A stretch of 64,000 nucleotides of DNA from Terriglobia bacterium (GTDB lineage Bacteria > Acidobacteriota > Terriglobia > Acidiferrales > UBA7541): positions 25,710 through 89,709 of the forward strand of contig JAIQEV010000005.1 of the NCBI GenBank assembly GCA_020073585.1, written 5' to 3'. Of the stretch, positions 27,129 to 36,375 are shown piece after piece (within the stretch, counting starts at the first letter, position 1; every line of letters starts with the position of its first letter). The notes beneath the pieces were generated by a model that ran no database searches, was not told where the DNA came from, and worked only from the letters and a program-made list of their open reading frames with translations. Made by a program: the position numbers and the translations under genes.

Positions 27129-28637
27129 ATGGAGCCGATCGCAGCGGGACCCCGGGTTTCGGCAGCTGCAGCTGGCCGCTTCGCGGCCACACCGGAGAAC
27201 GATCGCACGCGCTTCTATCGCCGGTTGCTCCTTTTCTTCTTTCTTCTCTCGCTGCCCGCCGTAAATCCCATCGTGCACGGCGACGGGGTCGGCTATTACG
27301 CCTACGCCCGCGCCCCGCTCATCCAGCATGATCTGCGTTTCGAAGAGGATTGGCGCAGGGCGAATCCGAACTTTTCGCAATCGCGCACCCGCGCGAATGG
27401 CCAGCTCGACCCCAGCCAATATACGCAGACCGGCTACGTCGGCAATCTCTTCACCATCGGTCCAGCCATCCTGTGGAGTCCGTTCCTGGTTCTCGCGCAT
27501 GCCGGCGTTTTGACCGCCGATCATCTGGGCGCACACATTCCCGCGGATGGCTTTTCCGGGCCGTATCGCGTGGCGATGGCCGCGGGCACGGCCTTCTATG
27601 GATTTCTCGGTTTGCTGTTTTCCTGCGCCCTGGCCGGTAAGTACGTGCAACCCCGCTGGGCGTTTCTGGCAACGATGGGCGTCTGGACGGCCAGTTCGCT
27701 GCCCGTCTACATGTACTTCAATCCCGCCTGGTCGCATGCGCATTCCGCTTTTGTTGTGGCCCTCTTTCTGTGGTATTGGGACCGCACACGAACGGAGCGC
27801 ACGGCTCGGCAGTGGCTTTTGCTTGGCGGAATCTCGGGACTGATGCTGGACGTTTATTTTCCAAACGGCGTTTTCTTGCTGCTGCCATGCCTGGAATCGA
27901 TTCGGTCGTATTGGCGGTTGCTGCCGTCGCAGAACCGCGCCCGACTTCGGAAGCAGTTTTCCGGGAATGTGCTCTTCATGCTGGCCCTGGCTTTCGCGAG
28001 CTTGCCCACCCTGATCACCCGCCGGATCATTTTTGGGGGCTTCTTCCGTTTCGGCAGCTATTCCGCCCTGCCCTGGGATTGGAGCGCGCCGCATTGGCGC
28101 GCCGTGCTCTTTTCCTCCGACCACGGCCTGCTCAGTTGGACGCCGCTTCTCGGGTTGGCCCTGCTCGGCCTGTTCTTCCCTCCTACCCGGGCCCGGGCGA
28201 CGACCGCGTACTGTGCGGCAGGCGCCGCGGCCTTCTACTACGTCATCTCCAGTTATCCGTACTGGGACGGCATGGCTTCCTTCGGCAATCGCTTTTTCAT
28301 TTCCCTTACGCCCGTTTTCATTTTTGGCCTGGCTCTGCTTCTCGAACGCGTGGATAAACTTTTCCGGGGGCCGCGCCTCGTGTATCCGGCGGCGGCGCTA
28401 TGCCTGGCAGCCCTGGCCCTCTGGAATGCCGGTTTTATTTTCCAGTGGGGCGCGCATTTGCTTCCGCCGCGCGGGCCCATCTCCTGGAGCGCAATGGCGC
28501 ACAACCAGTTTGCGGCCGTGCCGCGGCAGATCGGCGGAAACATCCACGCCTATCTCTTCCGCCGCAGCGCCCTGATGAACAGCATCGAGCAGAAGGACAT
28601 CGAGCAGCTCAAGAACGCTCCCCCGGGCCGCCCCTGA
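27129..28637 (+). CDS. Polytopic membrane protein, putative GT-C-fold (GT39/ArnT-like) glycosyltransferase
   Basis: 502 aa, more than 10 TM. Acidic first-loop motif HGDGVGYYAYARAPLIQHDLRFEED. Starts 5 nt after the GtrB-like gene. The family call is an inference. Confidence 0.45.
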   Translation: MEPIAAGPRVSAAAAGRFAATPENDRTRFYRRLLLFFFLLSLPAVNPIVHGDGVGYYAYARAPLIQHDLRFEEDWRRANPNFSQSRTRANGQLDPSQYTQTGYVGNLFTIGPAILWSPFLVLAHAGVLTADHLGAHIPADGFSGPYRVAMAAGTAFYGFLGLLFSCALAGKYVQPRWAFLATMGVWTASSLPVYMYFNPAWSHAHSAFVVALFLWYWDRTRTERTARQWLLLGGISGLMLDVYFPNGVFLLLPCLESIRSYWRLLPSQNRARLRKQFSGNVLFMLALAFASLPTLITRRIIFGGFFRFGSYSALPWDWSAPHWRAVLFSSDHGLLSWTPLLGLALLGLFFPPTRARATTAYCAAGAAAFYYVISSYPYWDGMASFGNRFFISLTPVFIFGLALLLERVDKLFRGPRLVYPAAALCLAALALWNAGFIFQWGAHLLPPRGPISWSAMAHNQFAAVPRQIGGNIHAYLFRRSALMNSIEQKDIEQLKNAPPGRP

Positions 28638-28650
28638 CCCGCTCCCTGCT

Positions 28651-28999
28651 ATGTTCCGCTGGCGGGCGGGGGAGCTGCGCAAAGACGGTTTCGACTTCAC
28701 CGTCCTGCTGGTGCCCAACCGCAGCACGGTCTACGGCCCGCTGCTGGAAAAGCCGCAGAACATGGAAGGCGCGGCGCTTTTGCTGCAGGGCTTCGAGCAG
28801 CAGCTGCGCGCCGCGGGCGTGCCCGCGCTGAATATGACCGCGGAATACCGCGCCGCGGCCGCCGCCGGCCTGCCGCGCCTATCTCTACCGCCGGGACGAC
28901 ACGCACTGGGACCGCGAAGCCATTACCCTGGCCGCGGAGCGCATTCCGCACGAACTGGGTCGCGCGGCGCCGGCCCCGGCAAAATCGCTGGATAAGTAA
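28651..28999 (+). pseudogene. Truncated and frameshifted AlgJ/AlgX(DHHW)-like SGNH O-acyltransferase fragment
   Basis: Frame 1 gives DFTVLLVPNRSTVYGPLLEKP...LRAAGVPALNM...AAAAAGLP. A +1 shift near 28873 continues as AYLYRRDDTHWDREAITLAAERIPHELG...*, which has the D-x-H-W catalytic motif. N- and C-terminal parts of the family are missing. Confidence 0.55.
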
Positions 29000-29128
29000 G
29001 TCTTTGCGAGGTTTCATCGGGAATCACCTGCCCGTGCGCGCTGTGCACCCGGCCCAAAAGGCGCTGCCGTGGGCCGCGGGGTTCAGTTAGAATGACGTGG
29101 GGCATTCCATCGGGAATGCGCGAATTGC

Positions 29129-29998
29129 ATGACTTCTCTCAGCACAAACGCTATGGGTGTCGAAACTGCCGCCGCGGCGGCGCCGCTCTACCGCATCGAG
29201 CCACCGCGCGGCTGGCTGGAAGTGCGGCTGCGCGAGGTCTGGGAGTACCGCGAGCTGCTCTATTTCTTCGTCTGGCGCGACGTCAAAATCCGCTACAAGC
29301 AGACGGTCATCGGCGTGGCCTGGGTGGTTCTCCAGCCGCTGCTGACCATGGTGGTTTTCACGCTGTTCTTCGGGCACCTGGCCAAGCTGCCCTCGCAGGG
29401 CCTGCCCTATCCGGTCTTCTATTTCGCCGCGCTGGTGCCCTGGACCTACTTCTCGACCGCGCTGCTCAGCGCCACCAGCATCGTGGTGGAAAATCAGCGG
29501 GTCATCACCAAGGTCTACTTCCCGCGCCTGATTCTGCCCATGTCCGCGGTCCTTTCCGGGTTGGTGGACTTCTCCATCGGTTTCCTGATCCTGGTAGGAG
29601 TTACGCTGGGCTACGGGCTGCGCCCGGGCTTCGCCGCGCTGTACCTGCCGCTGCTGTTGCTGCTGGCGGTGGCCACGGCGCTGGGCGTGGGCCTGTGGCT
29701 CTCCGCGCTGAACGCGCTCTATCGTGACGTGCGCTACGTCATGCCCTTTCTGATGCAGTTCTGGATGCTGGCTTCGCCGGTGGCTTATCCCGGCAACCTC
29801 GTGCCGCAGCGCTGGCGCTGGCTCTACGGCCTCAACCCCATGACCGGCGTAATCGAAGGATTCCGCTGGGCGCTGACGGGCCACGGGCAGCCGCCCAGCG
29901 CGCTGCTGCTGGCCTCCGCGGGTATGGTGCTGGTGGTCCTGGTGGGCGGGCTGCTCTTCTTCCAGCGCATGGAAGGCACCGTGGCGGACCTGGTCTGA
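29129..29998 (+). CDS. wzm: ABC-2-type polysaccharide/O-antigen export permease (Wzm/TagG/KpsM type)
   Basis: YRELLYFFVWRDVKIRYKQTVIGVAWVVLQPLL signature. 6 TM. Confidence 0.85.
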   Translation: MTSLSTNAMGVETAAAAAPLYRIEPPRGWLEVRLREVWEYRELLYFFVWRDVKIRYKQTVIGVAWVVLQPLLTMVVFTLFFGHLAKLPSQGLPYPVFYFAALVPWTYFSTALLSATSIVVENQRVITKVYFPRLILPMSAVLSGLVDFSIGFLILVGVTLGYGLRPGFAALYLPLLLLLAVATALGVGLWLSALNALYRDVRYVMPFLMQFWMLASPVAYPGNLVPQRWRWLYGLNPMTGVIEGFRWALTGHGQPPSALLLASAGMVLVVLVGGLLFFQRMEGTVADLV

Positions 29999-30045
29999 TC
30001 CATGATGCCGCTGAAAACAATTCGCCCCGGGAAACGGGCCGCGCG

Positions 30046-31308
30046 ATGAGCGACGTGGTCATTCGCACCGGGCAGCTCAGCAAACGCTACCGCATCGGCC
30101 AGCGCGAACAGCCGCTGCAGCTTCGCGAAGTTCTGACGCGCACGCTGCGCTCCCCGCTGCGCCTGTTTCGCCGTGCGCCGCAGGAGACCTTCTGGGCCCT
30201 CAAGGACGTAAACCTGGAAGTGCGCCAGGGGGAAGTCCTGGGTCTGATCGGGCGCAACGGCTCCGGCAAGACCACGCTGCTGAAGATCCTCTCGCGCATC
30301 ACCCGCCCGACTTCCGGCTGGGCGGAAATCCACGGGCACGTGGGGAGCTTGCTGGAAGTAGGCACGGGCTTTCATCCGGATTTGACCGGCCGCGAAAACA
30401 CCTATCTGAGCGGCGCGATTCTGGGGATGCGCAAGAACGAGATCGACCGCAAGTTCGACGAGATCGTGGCCTTCGCCGAACTCGAGAAATTCATCGACAC
30501 GCCGGTGAAGCACTACTCGAGCGGGATGTACGTGCGCCTGGCGTTCGCCGTGGCGGCGCACCTCGAGCCGGAGATCCTGCTGGTGGACGAGGTGCTGGCC
30601 GTCGGCGATGCGCGCTTCCAGAAAAAATGCCTGGGCAAGATGGGCGATGTGGCCCGCGCCGGGCGCACCGTCGTCCTGGTGAGCCACCAGCTCAACCAGA
30701 TTCGCCGCCTCTGCCACCGCGCCATCTGGGTGGACAGCGGCACGCTCCGCCAGAGCGGCCCGGCCGCGGAAGTGGTGAGCGCCTACGAAGCGGCCATGAC
30801 CGCGGGGGACCGCATGTCCCCGGCACGCGGAAACGGCGCCGCGCAAAAGGCGCGCTTCGTCCGCTGGGAAATTGCCGAGCCGCAAGGAAGTTCGCCGCAT
30901 ACCTTGCAGACGCTGGGGCCCGCAAAGGTGCGCTTCCTGCTGGAAGTTCATAAGCCGGTCTGCCATGCGCACCACGGCATCGCCCTGTACAACGCGGAAC
31001 GCCAGTTGATGTGGGGCTACGGTACGGACAACCTCGACTTGGAAGCGGGCTTGCACGAAGCGATCTACGAATTCCCCTCGCTTCCACTGCGGCCCGGGAT
31101 GTATTCCTGGCTGGTGACTCTGTGGGACGAGTCCGGCGCGGTGGATCTGTGGGAGAGCGTCCCGGATATGCTGGTGGCCACGGAGTCTTATCAGCATGCG
31201 CGCGACGAGTGGGGTGGCATTCTGAATATTCCCATCGCTCTGAAGATTGGGGCGTGCGCCGAACCGAACTTCGCGGCGGTTGCTCCCCGCGACGGAAGCC
31301 CGGCATGA
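30046..31308 (+). CDS. wzt: ABC polysaccharide export ATPase with C-terminal glycan-cap-binding beta-sandwich (Wzt/TagH type)
   Basis: Walker A GRNGSGKTT, signature YSSGMYVRLAF, Walker B ILLVDEVLAVGD. A further ~170-aa C-terminal domain (FVRWEI...VRFLLEV...GIALYN...YSWLVTLWD) resembles Wzt_C. Confidence 0.9.
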   Translation: MSDVVIRTGQLSKRYRIGQREQPLQLREVLTRTLRSPLRLFRRAPQETFWALKDVNLEVRQGEVLGLIGRNGSGKTTLLKILSRITRPTSGWAEIHGHVGSLLEVGTGFHPDLTGRENTYLSGAILGMRKNEIDRKFDEIVAFAELEKFIDTPVKHYSSGMYVRLAFAVAAHLEPEILLVDEVLAVGDARFQKKCLGKMGDVARAGRTVVLVSHQLNQIRRLCHRAIWVDSGTLRQSGPAAEVVSAYEAAMTAGDRMSPARGNGAAQKARFVRWEIAEPQGSSPHTLQTLGPAKVRFLLEVHKPVCHAHHGIALYNAERQLMWGYGTDNLDLEAGLHEAIYEFPSLPLRPGMYSWLVTLWDESGAVDLWESVPDMLVATESYQHARDEWGGILNIPIALKIGACAEPNFAAVAPRDGSPA

Positions 31309-32000
31309 CGGGGCCGCAACCCAGCGGAACAGCCTCGGCCGAATTTCACTGCTGGTACGCGGGCGACGCCGGCAGCGCGCGCAGCAAAGGCCGCTTCACC
31401 CTGGGAAAATTCTCGCGCTATCTGCGGCCGGGGCCGGTCGTGGATCTCGGCTGCGGCGAAGGAGGCTTGCTCCTGGCGCTGAAAGAAGCGGGCCACGCGG
31501 ATCTCACGGGCGTGGAGTCCAACCCGGAGCTGTGCACGCTGGCGGAATCCTTCGGCGTGCGCGTGATCCGAACCGACTTGCAGCAGTACCTGGCGGGTGG
31601 CGCGCTCTCCCCCGCGACCTATTTCTACCTCGACGTCATCGAACATGTGCCGTTCGAATTGAACGTGCGCCTGTTCGCCGCGCTGCCCCAGGGCAGCCGG
31701 CTGATCCTGCAGACGCCCAACACCGAATCGCTCCTCGGCCACCAGTTCTACATGAACGTGCCCTCGCACCTAGCGCCGTATTCGCCGTGGGTCATCCGCA
31801 AGATGCTGGAGCGCTTCGGCTACAGCGTCGTGGCCGAAGGAAGCGTGGAAGGCGATCATCCGGCCAGATGGAAAAACCGATTCCGCGCGTTTTTTATCCG
31901 CAAAGTTCTGGGGCTCGCACCCGAACTTCTTCTGGGCGGTGGAAATTACTACGTGATCGCGGACCGCAATCGCCGGACGGACGAGGCGCAGCTTGGATAA
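31305..32000 (+). CDS. Class I SAM-dependent methyltransferase
   Basis: ATGA overlap with the wzt stop. VVDLGCGEGGLLLAL (motif I), YFYLDVIEHV, RLILQTPN. Confidence 0.75.
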   Translation: MTGPQPSGTASAEFHCWYAGDAGSARSKGRFTLGKFSRYLRPGPVVDLGCGEGGLLLALKEAGHADLTGVESNPELCTLAESFGVRVIRTDLQQYLAGGALSPATYFYLDVIEHVPFELNVRLFAALPQGSRLILQTPNTESLLGHQFYMNVPSHLAPYSPWVIRKMLERFGYSVVAEGSVEGDHPARWKNRFRAFFIRKVLGLAPELLLGGGNYYVIADRNRRTDEAQLG

Positions 32001-32880
32001 GGTCAGCGTTTACATTCCGGCCTGCAACGCCGCCGCGTTTCTCCCGCGCGCGCTGGAAGGCTTGCTCGCGCAAACACATCCCGCGGACGAGATCCTGGTC
32101 ATCGACGACGGCTCGCGCGACGCCACCTGCGAAATCGCCGCGCGCTACCCCGGCGTCACGCTGCTGCGCCACGCGCGCAACCGCGGCCTCGGCGCCGCGC
32201 GCAACACCGCGTTTCAATCGGCGCGCAACGCCCTGGTGGCCGCGCTCGACGCCGACTGCGTGCCCGAACCCGGATGGCTCGCCAGCCTGCTCCCGCCGCT
32301 CGCCGACCCCCAAGTCGCCGGCGTCGGCGGTTTTCTCGCCGAAGGCGTGCAGCGCACCGTGGCGGACCGCTGGCGCCGCGCGCACATGCCCCAGGAATGG
32401 GGCGCAGCGCCGCTGCGCAACCCGCGCTTTCTCTACGGCTGCAACAACGTGTTCCGCAAGGCCGCGGTTCTCGAAGCGGGCGGCTACGACGAGCGCATGC
32501 GCACCAACGGCGAGGACACCGATCTTTCGCAGCGCCTGCGCGCGCACGGCTGGCACCTGGTCTATGAGCCGGCGGCGCGCGCCACGCATCTGCGCCAGGA
32601 CACCATCCGCTCGATCCTGGACACCTACTGGCGCTGGTGGCGCTTCGGCGTGCGCGCCTATGCCAACGGCGTGCGGCTGCGCTCGGTGCTGGGCCACGCC
32701 GTCTTCGTGCATTTCCGCCACACCTTTCTCGATTTCGTGCGCAGCGATCTGCGCGCGCGCCGCTTCGGCTTGCTGGGTCTGGATCTTCTGGCGCTCGGTT
32801 ACTTCCCGTACCGGGATTTCCGGCTGTGGCTGGAAGCGCACTCCGGCGCGGCGCCGCAGCGCATCTCTTCGGAGGTTTGA
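31993..32880 (+). CDS. Glycosyltransferase family 2
   Basis: VSVYIPACNAAAFLPRALEGLLAQTHPADEILVIDDGSRDAT, LDADCVP (DxD), GEDTDLSQRL. TTG start overlaps the upstream stop. Confidence 0.8.
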   Translation: MDKVSVYIPACNAAAFLPRALEGLLAQTHPADEILVIDDGSRDATCEIAARYPGVTLLRHARNRGLGAARNTAFQSARNALVAALDADCVPEPGWLASLLPPLADPQVAGVGGFLAEGVQRTVADRWRRAHMPQEWGAAPLRNPRFLYGCNNVFRKAAVLEAGGYDERMRTNGEDTDLSQRLRAHGWHLVYEPAARATHLRQDTIRSILDTYWRWWRFGVRAYANGVRLRSVLGHAVFVHFRHTFLDFVRSDLRARRFGLLGLDLLALGYFPYRDFRLWLEAHSGAAPQRISSEV

Positions 32881-32883
32881 CTC

Positions 32884-33972
32884 GTGCGGATTCTGATCAC
32901 CGGCGGCTGCGGATTTGTGGGCTCGCAGCTCGCCCTGCACCTCACCGAGCGGGGCCACCGCGTGGTGGCCATGGACAACCTGGTGCGCCGGGGCAGCGAA
33001 GCGAATATCGAGCGCCTGCAGAAGCAGGGCGTGGAGTTCGTGCACGGAGACGTGCGCAACGCCGAGGATTTTGCGAATCTCCCCGCGGGCATCGAATTCG
33101 TGTGCGACGCGAGCGCCCAGCCCTCGGTGGTCACCGGCTACGCGAATCCCGTCTTCGACATCACCAACAACGCGCTCGGCGTGATCCGCGTGCTGGAATA
33201 CGTGCGGGAACGCCGCTGCCCGCTCCTTTTCTGCAGCACCAACCGCGTGTACAGCGCGGACCGCATCAACGCGCTGCCGCGGCGCGAAGGCGCGACGCGC
33301 CTCGAATGGGACGCCGCGGCCTGGCAGAAGCTGCCGCCGGCGGAGCGCCCCCGGGGATTCGAGCCGGCGCACGGCATCTCCGAAGAGTTCAGCGTGGATG
33401 GCGGCCAGCACAGCATTTATGGCCTGAGCAAATTGATGGCCGATGCGGCCTGCCAGGAGTACGCCCAGGCGTATGATTTGCCGATCGTCGTCAACCGTTT
33501 CGGAGTCATTTCCGGAAGCGGGCAATTCGGCAAAACGGACCAGGGCTGGTTCGTCTGGTGGGCGATGGCCCACTGGTTCGGCCTGCCCCTGAAATACATC
33601 GGCTGGAGCGGCAAGCAGGTGCGCGACATTCTGTTTATCGAGGACGTCTGCCGCCTCGTGGACCTGCAGATGGACCGGATTTCGCGCTTCCGCGGCGAAG
33701 TCTTCAACGCCGGAGGCGGCGCGGCAAACTCCCTTTCGCTGCTCGAGGCGACGCAGCTTTTCACCAAGGCGACCGGCCGCTCGCTCACCATCACGCACGA
33801 AGAGTCCCCGCGCAAGGCCGATCTCGCGCTCTACTCCACGGACAATCGCAAGGTCGAGCGGGTGCTGGGCTGGAAGCCGCAGGTCAGCCTCGGCGAAGGC
33901 CTCGACCGCGTCCTGGACTGGATCCGCAAGAACGAAGCCGAACTTCGCGCGCGTTATGTTTCCGCGGGGTAA
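32884..33972 (+). CDS. NAD-dependent epimerase/dehydratase (CDP-paratose/tyvelose 2-epimerase-like SDR)
   Basis: [49 protein letters not shown] (YxxxK). Confidence 0.8.
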   Translation: MRILITGGCGFVGSQLALHLTERGHRVVAMDNLVRRGSEANIERLQKQGVEFVHGDVRNAEDFANLPAGIEFVCDASAQPSVVTGYANPVFDITNNALGVIRVLEYVRERRCPLLFCSTNRVYSADRINALPRREGATRLEWDAAAWQKLPPAERPRGFEPAHGISEEFSVDGGQHSIYGLSKLMADAACQEYAQAYDLPIVVNRFGVISGSGQFGKTDQGWFVWWAMAHWFGLPLKYIGWSGKQVRDILFIEDVCRLVDLQMDRISRFRGEVFNAGGGAANSLSLLEATQLFTKATGRSLTITHEESPRKADLALYSTDNRKVERVLGWKPQVSLGEGLDRVLDWIRKNEAELRARYVSAG

Positions 33973-33992
33973 AATCATTGGGCGAACCTCTC

Positions 33993-35069
33993 ATGAAGAT
34001 GAAAACGGTTCTGGTCACGGGCAGCAGCGGGCTGATCGGCTCGGAAGCGGTCGAGCATTTCGACCGCCAGGGGCACCGCGTCGTGGGCGTGGACAACAAC
34101 ATGCGCCGCGTCTTTTTCGGCGCGCCCGGCGACACCACCTGGAACCTCGAGCGCCTGAAGGGCGCGGCGAAGAACTTCACTCACGCCGACCTGGACATCC
34201 GCGACCGCGCCGCGCTCGACGAACTCTTCCGCGCGCACCGCTTCGACCTCATCGTGCACTGCGCCGCGCAGCCTTCGCACGACAAGGCCCGCGACATTCC
34301 CCTGCTCGATTTCGAAGTGAACGCCATGGGCACCGTGAATCTCCTGGAAGCCACGCGCCAGCACTGCCCCGAGGCGGTCTTCGTCTTCCTCAGCACCAAC
34401 AAGGTCTATGGCGACGCGCCCAACGAAGTGCCGTTGAAGGAGCTGGAGACCCGCTACGACTACGCGCGCCCCGAGGATTACGACGGCATCGCCGAAACCT
34501 GCCGCATCGACCGCACCCTACATTCGCTCTTCGGCGCCTCGAAGGCCGCGGCGGATCTCGTGGCGCAGGAATACGGCCGCTACTTCGGGATGAAGGTGGG
34601 CGTCTTCCGCGGGGGCTGCCTGACCGGGCCGTCGCATTCCGGCGTGGAGCTGCACGGCTTTCTCTCTTACCTGGTGAAGGTGACGCTCACCGGCGGCACC
34701 TATTCCGTCTTCGGCTACAAGGGCAAGCAGGTGCGCGACAACATTCACAGCCGTGACGTGGTGCGCGCCATCGAGGAGTTTGCCGCGAACTCGCGCCCCG
34801 GCGAGGTCTACAACCTGGGCGGCGGGCGCGCCAACAGCGTCTCCATGCTGGAGGCCATCGCGCGCATCGAACAGCTCAGCGGCAAGAAGCTGAAGTGGAA
34901 CTACGTGGACCAGGCGCGCAAGGGCGACCACATCTGCTACATCTCGAACCTGAAGAAGTTCCAGAGCGATTACCCGAACTGGCGCATCACCGTGGGGCTC
35001 GACGAAATCCTGAAACAGATCATCGAATCCCAGGAGCAGCAACTGCGCGCGGCGCCCGGCGCGCGCTGA
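33993..35069 (+). CDS. NAD-dependent epimerase/dehydratase (second, paralogous SDR)
   Basis: Start at ATG 33993. [35 protein letters not shown] (YxxxK-equivalent region), [11 protein letters not shown]. Confidence 0.8.
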   Translation: MKMKTVLVTGSSGLIGSEAVEHFDRQGHRVVGVDNNMRRVFFGAPGDTTWNLERLKGAAKNFTHADLDIRDRAALDELFRAHRFDLIVHCAAQPSHDKARDIPLLDFEVNAMGTVNLLEATRQHCPEAVFVFLSTNKVYGDAPNEVPLKELETRYDYARPEDYDGIAETCRIDRTLHSLFGASKAAADLVAQEYGRYFGMKVGVFRGGCLTGPSHSGVELHGFLSYLVKVTLTGGTYSVFGYKGKQVRDNIHSRDVVRAIEEFAANSRPGEVYNLGGGRANSVSMLEAIARIEQLSGKKLKWNYVDQARKGDHICYISNLKKFQSDYPNWRITVGLDEILKQIIESQEQQLRAAPGAR

Positions 35070-35091
35070 GCAACATGGAGATGGCAAAACG

Positions 35092-36159
35092 ATGACGCGG
35101 CCGTTCGTTTCCGTCCTGGTGGACACCTATAACCACGAGGGGTTCATCGAGCAGGCGTTGCACAGCGTGCTGGAGCAGGATTTCCCCGCGGCGGACCGCG
35201 AAATTCTCGTCGTGGACGACGGTTCGACGGACCGCACGCCGGAGATCCTGCGCCGCTTCGCGCCGCAGGTGCGTGTGCTGCGCAAAGCCAACGGCGGCCA
35301 GGCCTCGGCCTTCAATGCCGGCATTCCCGAGTGCCGCGGCGAGATCATCGCCTTCCTCGACGGCGACGACTGGTGGGCGCCCGCGAAGCTGCGCCGCGTC
35401 GCCGAGTTCCTCGCCGCGGAGCCGGCGGCCGGTTTTGTGGGCCACGGCATCCTGGAATCCTTCGGCGACGGCACGCTGCGCGCCATCGCGCCGGAAAAGC
35501 CGGAGCGGCTGCGGCTGAACTCGCTGGCGGCGGCACGGGTGTTTCGCCTGCGCAAGAGCTATCTCGGAACGAGCCGCATGATCATGCGCGCCGCCATCGC
35601 CCGGCAGATTCTGCCCGTGCCCGAAGCCCTGGTGATCGAAGCGGACGAATACCTCTTCACGCTGGCGGCGGCGCTCGGCGACCTGGTGATTCTGCCGGAC
35701 ACGCTGACGCACTACCGCCTGCACGGCGCGAATCTCTATAACGCCGGGGGCGGCAACGCCGCGGGCCTGCGCCGCAAGCAGCGCGTGCTGGCCGCGCTGG
35801 CCGAAACCTTGCGCCGGGAGCTTCCGGCGCGCGGCGTTCCCGCCGATGCGGTGCGCTGCGTCGTGGAGATTGTGCAGGCCGAGGCCGACCAGTTGCGCCT
35901 GATGCTCGACGGCGGCGCGCCCTGGGAGACCCTGCGCACCGAGAACACCATCTACCAAGTGCTGCACGGCGATGCGCCCCGCAGTCACCGCCTCTTCCGC
36001 TGGGCCACCATGCTGCCGGCCTGCGTCCTGCCGCCCCGCTGGTTTTACGCCGCCCGGCGCTGGCTCGCCGGACAAAGCTGGTATCGCACCGCGCGCGCGG
36101 AAGTCCTGCCCATGCCTGCGATCACGCGTGTAGCTGGCCCGGAAGAGTTCAAGGGATGA
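35092..36159 (+). CDS. Glycosyltransferase family 2
   Basis: VSVLVDTYNHEGFIEQALHSVLEQDFPAADREILVVDDGSTDRT, FLDGDDWW (DxD). Confidence 0.85.
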   Translation: MTRPFVSVLVDTYNHEGFIEQALHSVLEQDFPAADREILVVDDGSTDRTPEILRRFAPQVRVLRKANGGQASAFNAGIPECRGEIIAFLDGDDWWAPAKLRRVAEFLAAEPAAGFVGHGILESFGDGTLRAIAPEKPERLRLNSLAAARVFRLRKSYLGTSRMIMRAAIARQILPVPEALVIEADEYLFTLAAALGDLVILPDTLTHYRLHGANLYNAGGGNAAGLRRKQRVLAALAETLRRELPARGVPADAVRCVVEIVQAEADQLRLMLDGGAPWETLRTENTIYQVLHGDAPRSHRLFRWATMLPACVLPPRWFYAARRWLAGQSWYRTARAEVLPMPAITRVAGPEEFKG

Positions 36160-36375
36160 GGGCGATTCTTCATCACGAAATTACATACTAGAGGCGAGAG
36201 ATGATACAGACTCGGCGCATCCTTTGGTATCCTAACGGCAGCGTGGAACGGTGCCGTCCGAATCCTGAGCAAATCCTTTTGTGTATGCGGGGAGACCTGC
36301 GTGCCCGCGGAAATGGGCTCCTGCAGGGCCGCAAATTGTGCCCTCTGCGCCGTTGCTTCACGGGGAGCGTGTGAA

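Noticed and set aside
24142-27192. 1016-aa minus-strand ORF opposite the SDR and GT2-MT genes. Similar long antisense ORFs occur at 38120-40195, 40146-42647, 31894-33978 and 43831-45969.
   Set aside because: All are antisense or alternative frames of genes with strong motif support. Their composition is biased and there is no start context. They are treated as GC-driven artefacts.
29065-29093. Possible promoter (TGCCGT-17-TAGAAT) ahead of wzm.
   Set aside because: The -10 is good, and the same TTAGAAT word occurs in the GWxTD promoter. The -35 is poor, so the evidence is too weak to list as a feature.
36201-36374. 57-codon Cys-containing ORF (MIQTRRILWYPNGSVERCRPNPEQILLCMRGDLRARGNGLLQGRKLCPLRRCFTGSV) with a GAGG SD, in the 216-bp lower-GC gap inside the glycan locus.
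   Set aside because: It is too short and atypical in codon usage to call, with no family resemblance. The gap more likely holds an internal promoter. A weak -24/-12-like TGGTAT-N5-CGGCA lies at about 36224-36239, with GG/GC spacing correct but the TT missing. Ribo-seq or conservation analysis would be needed.
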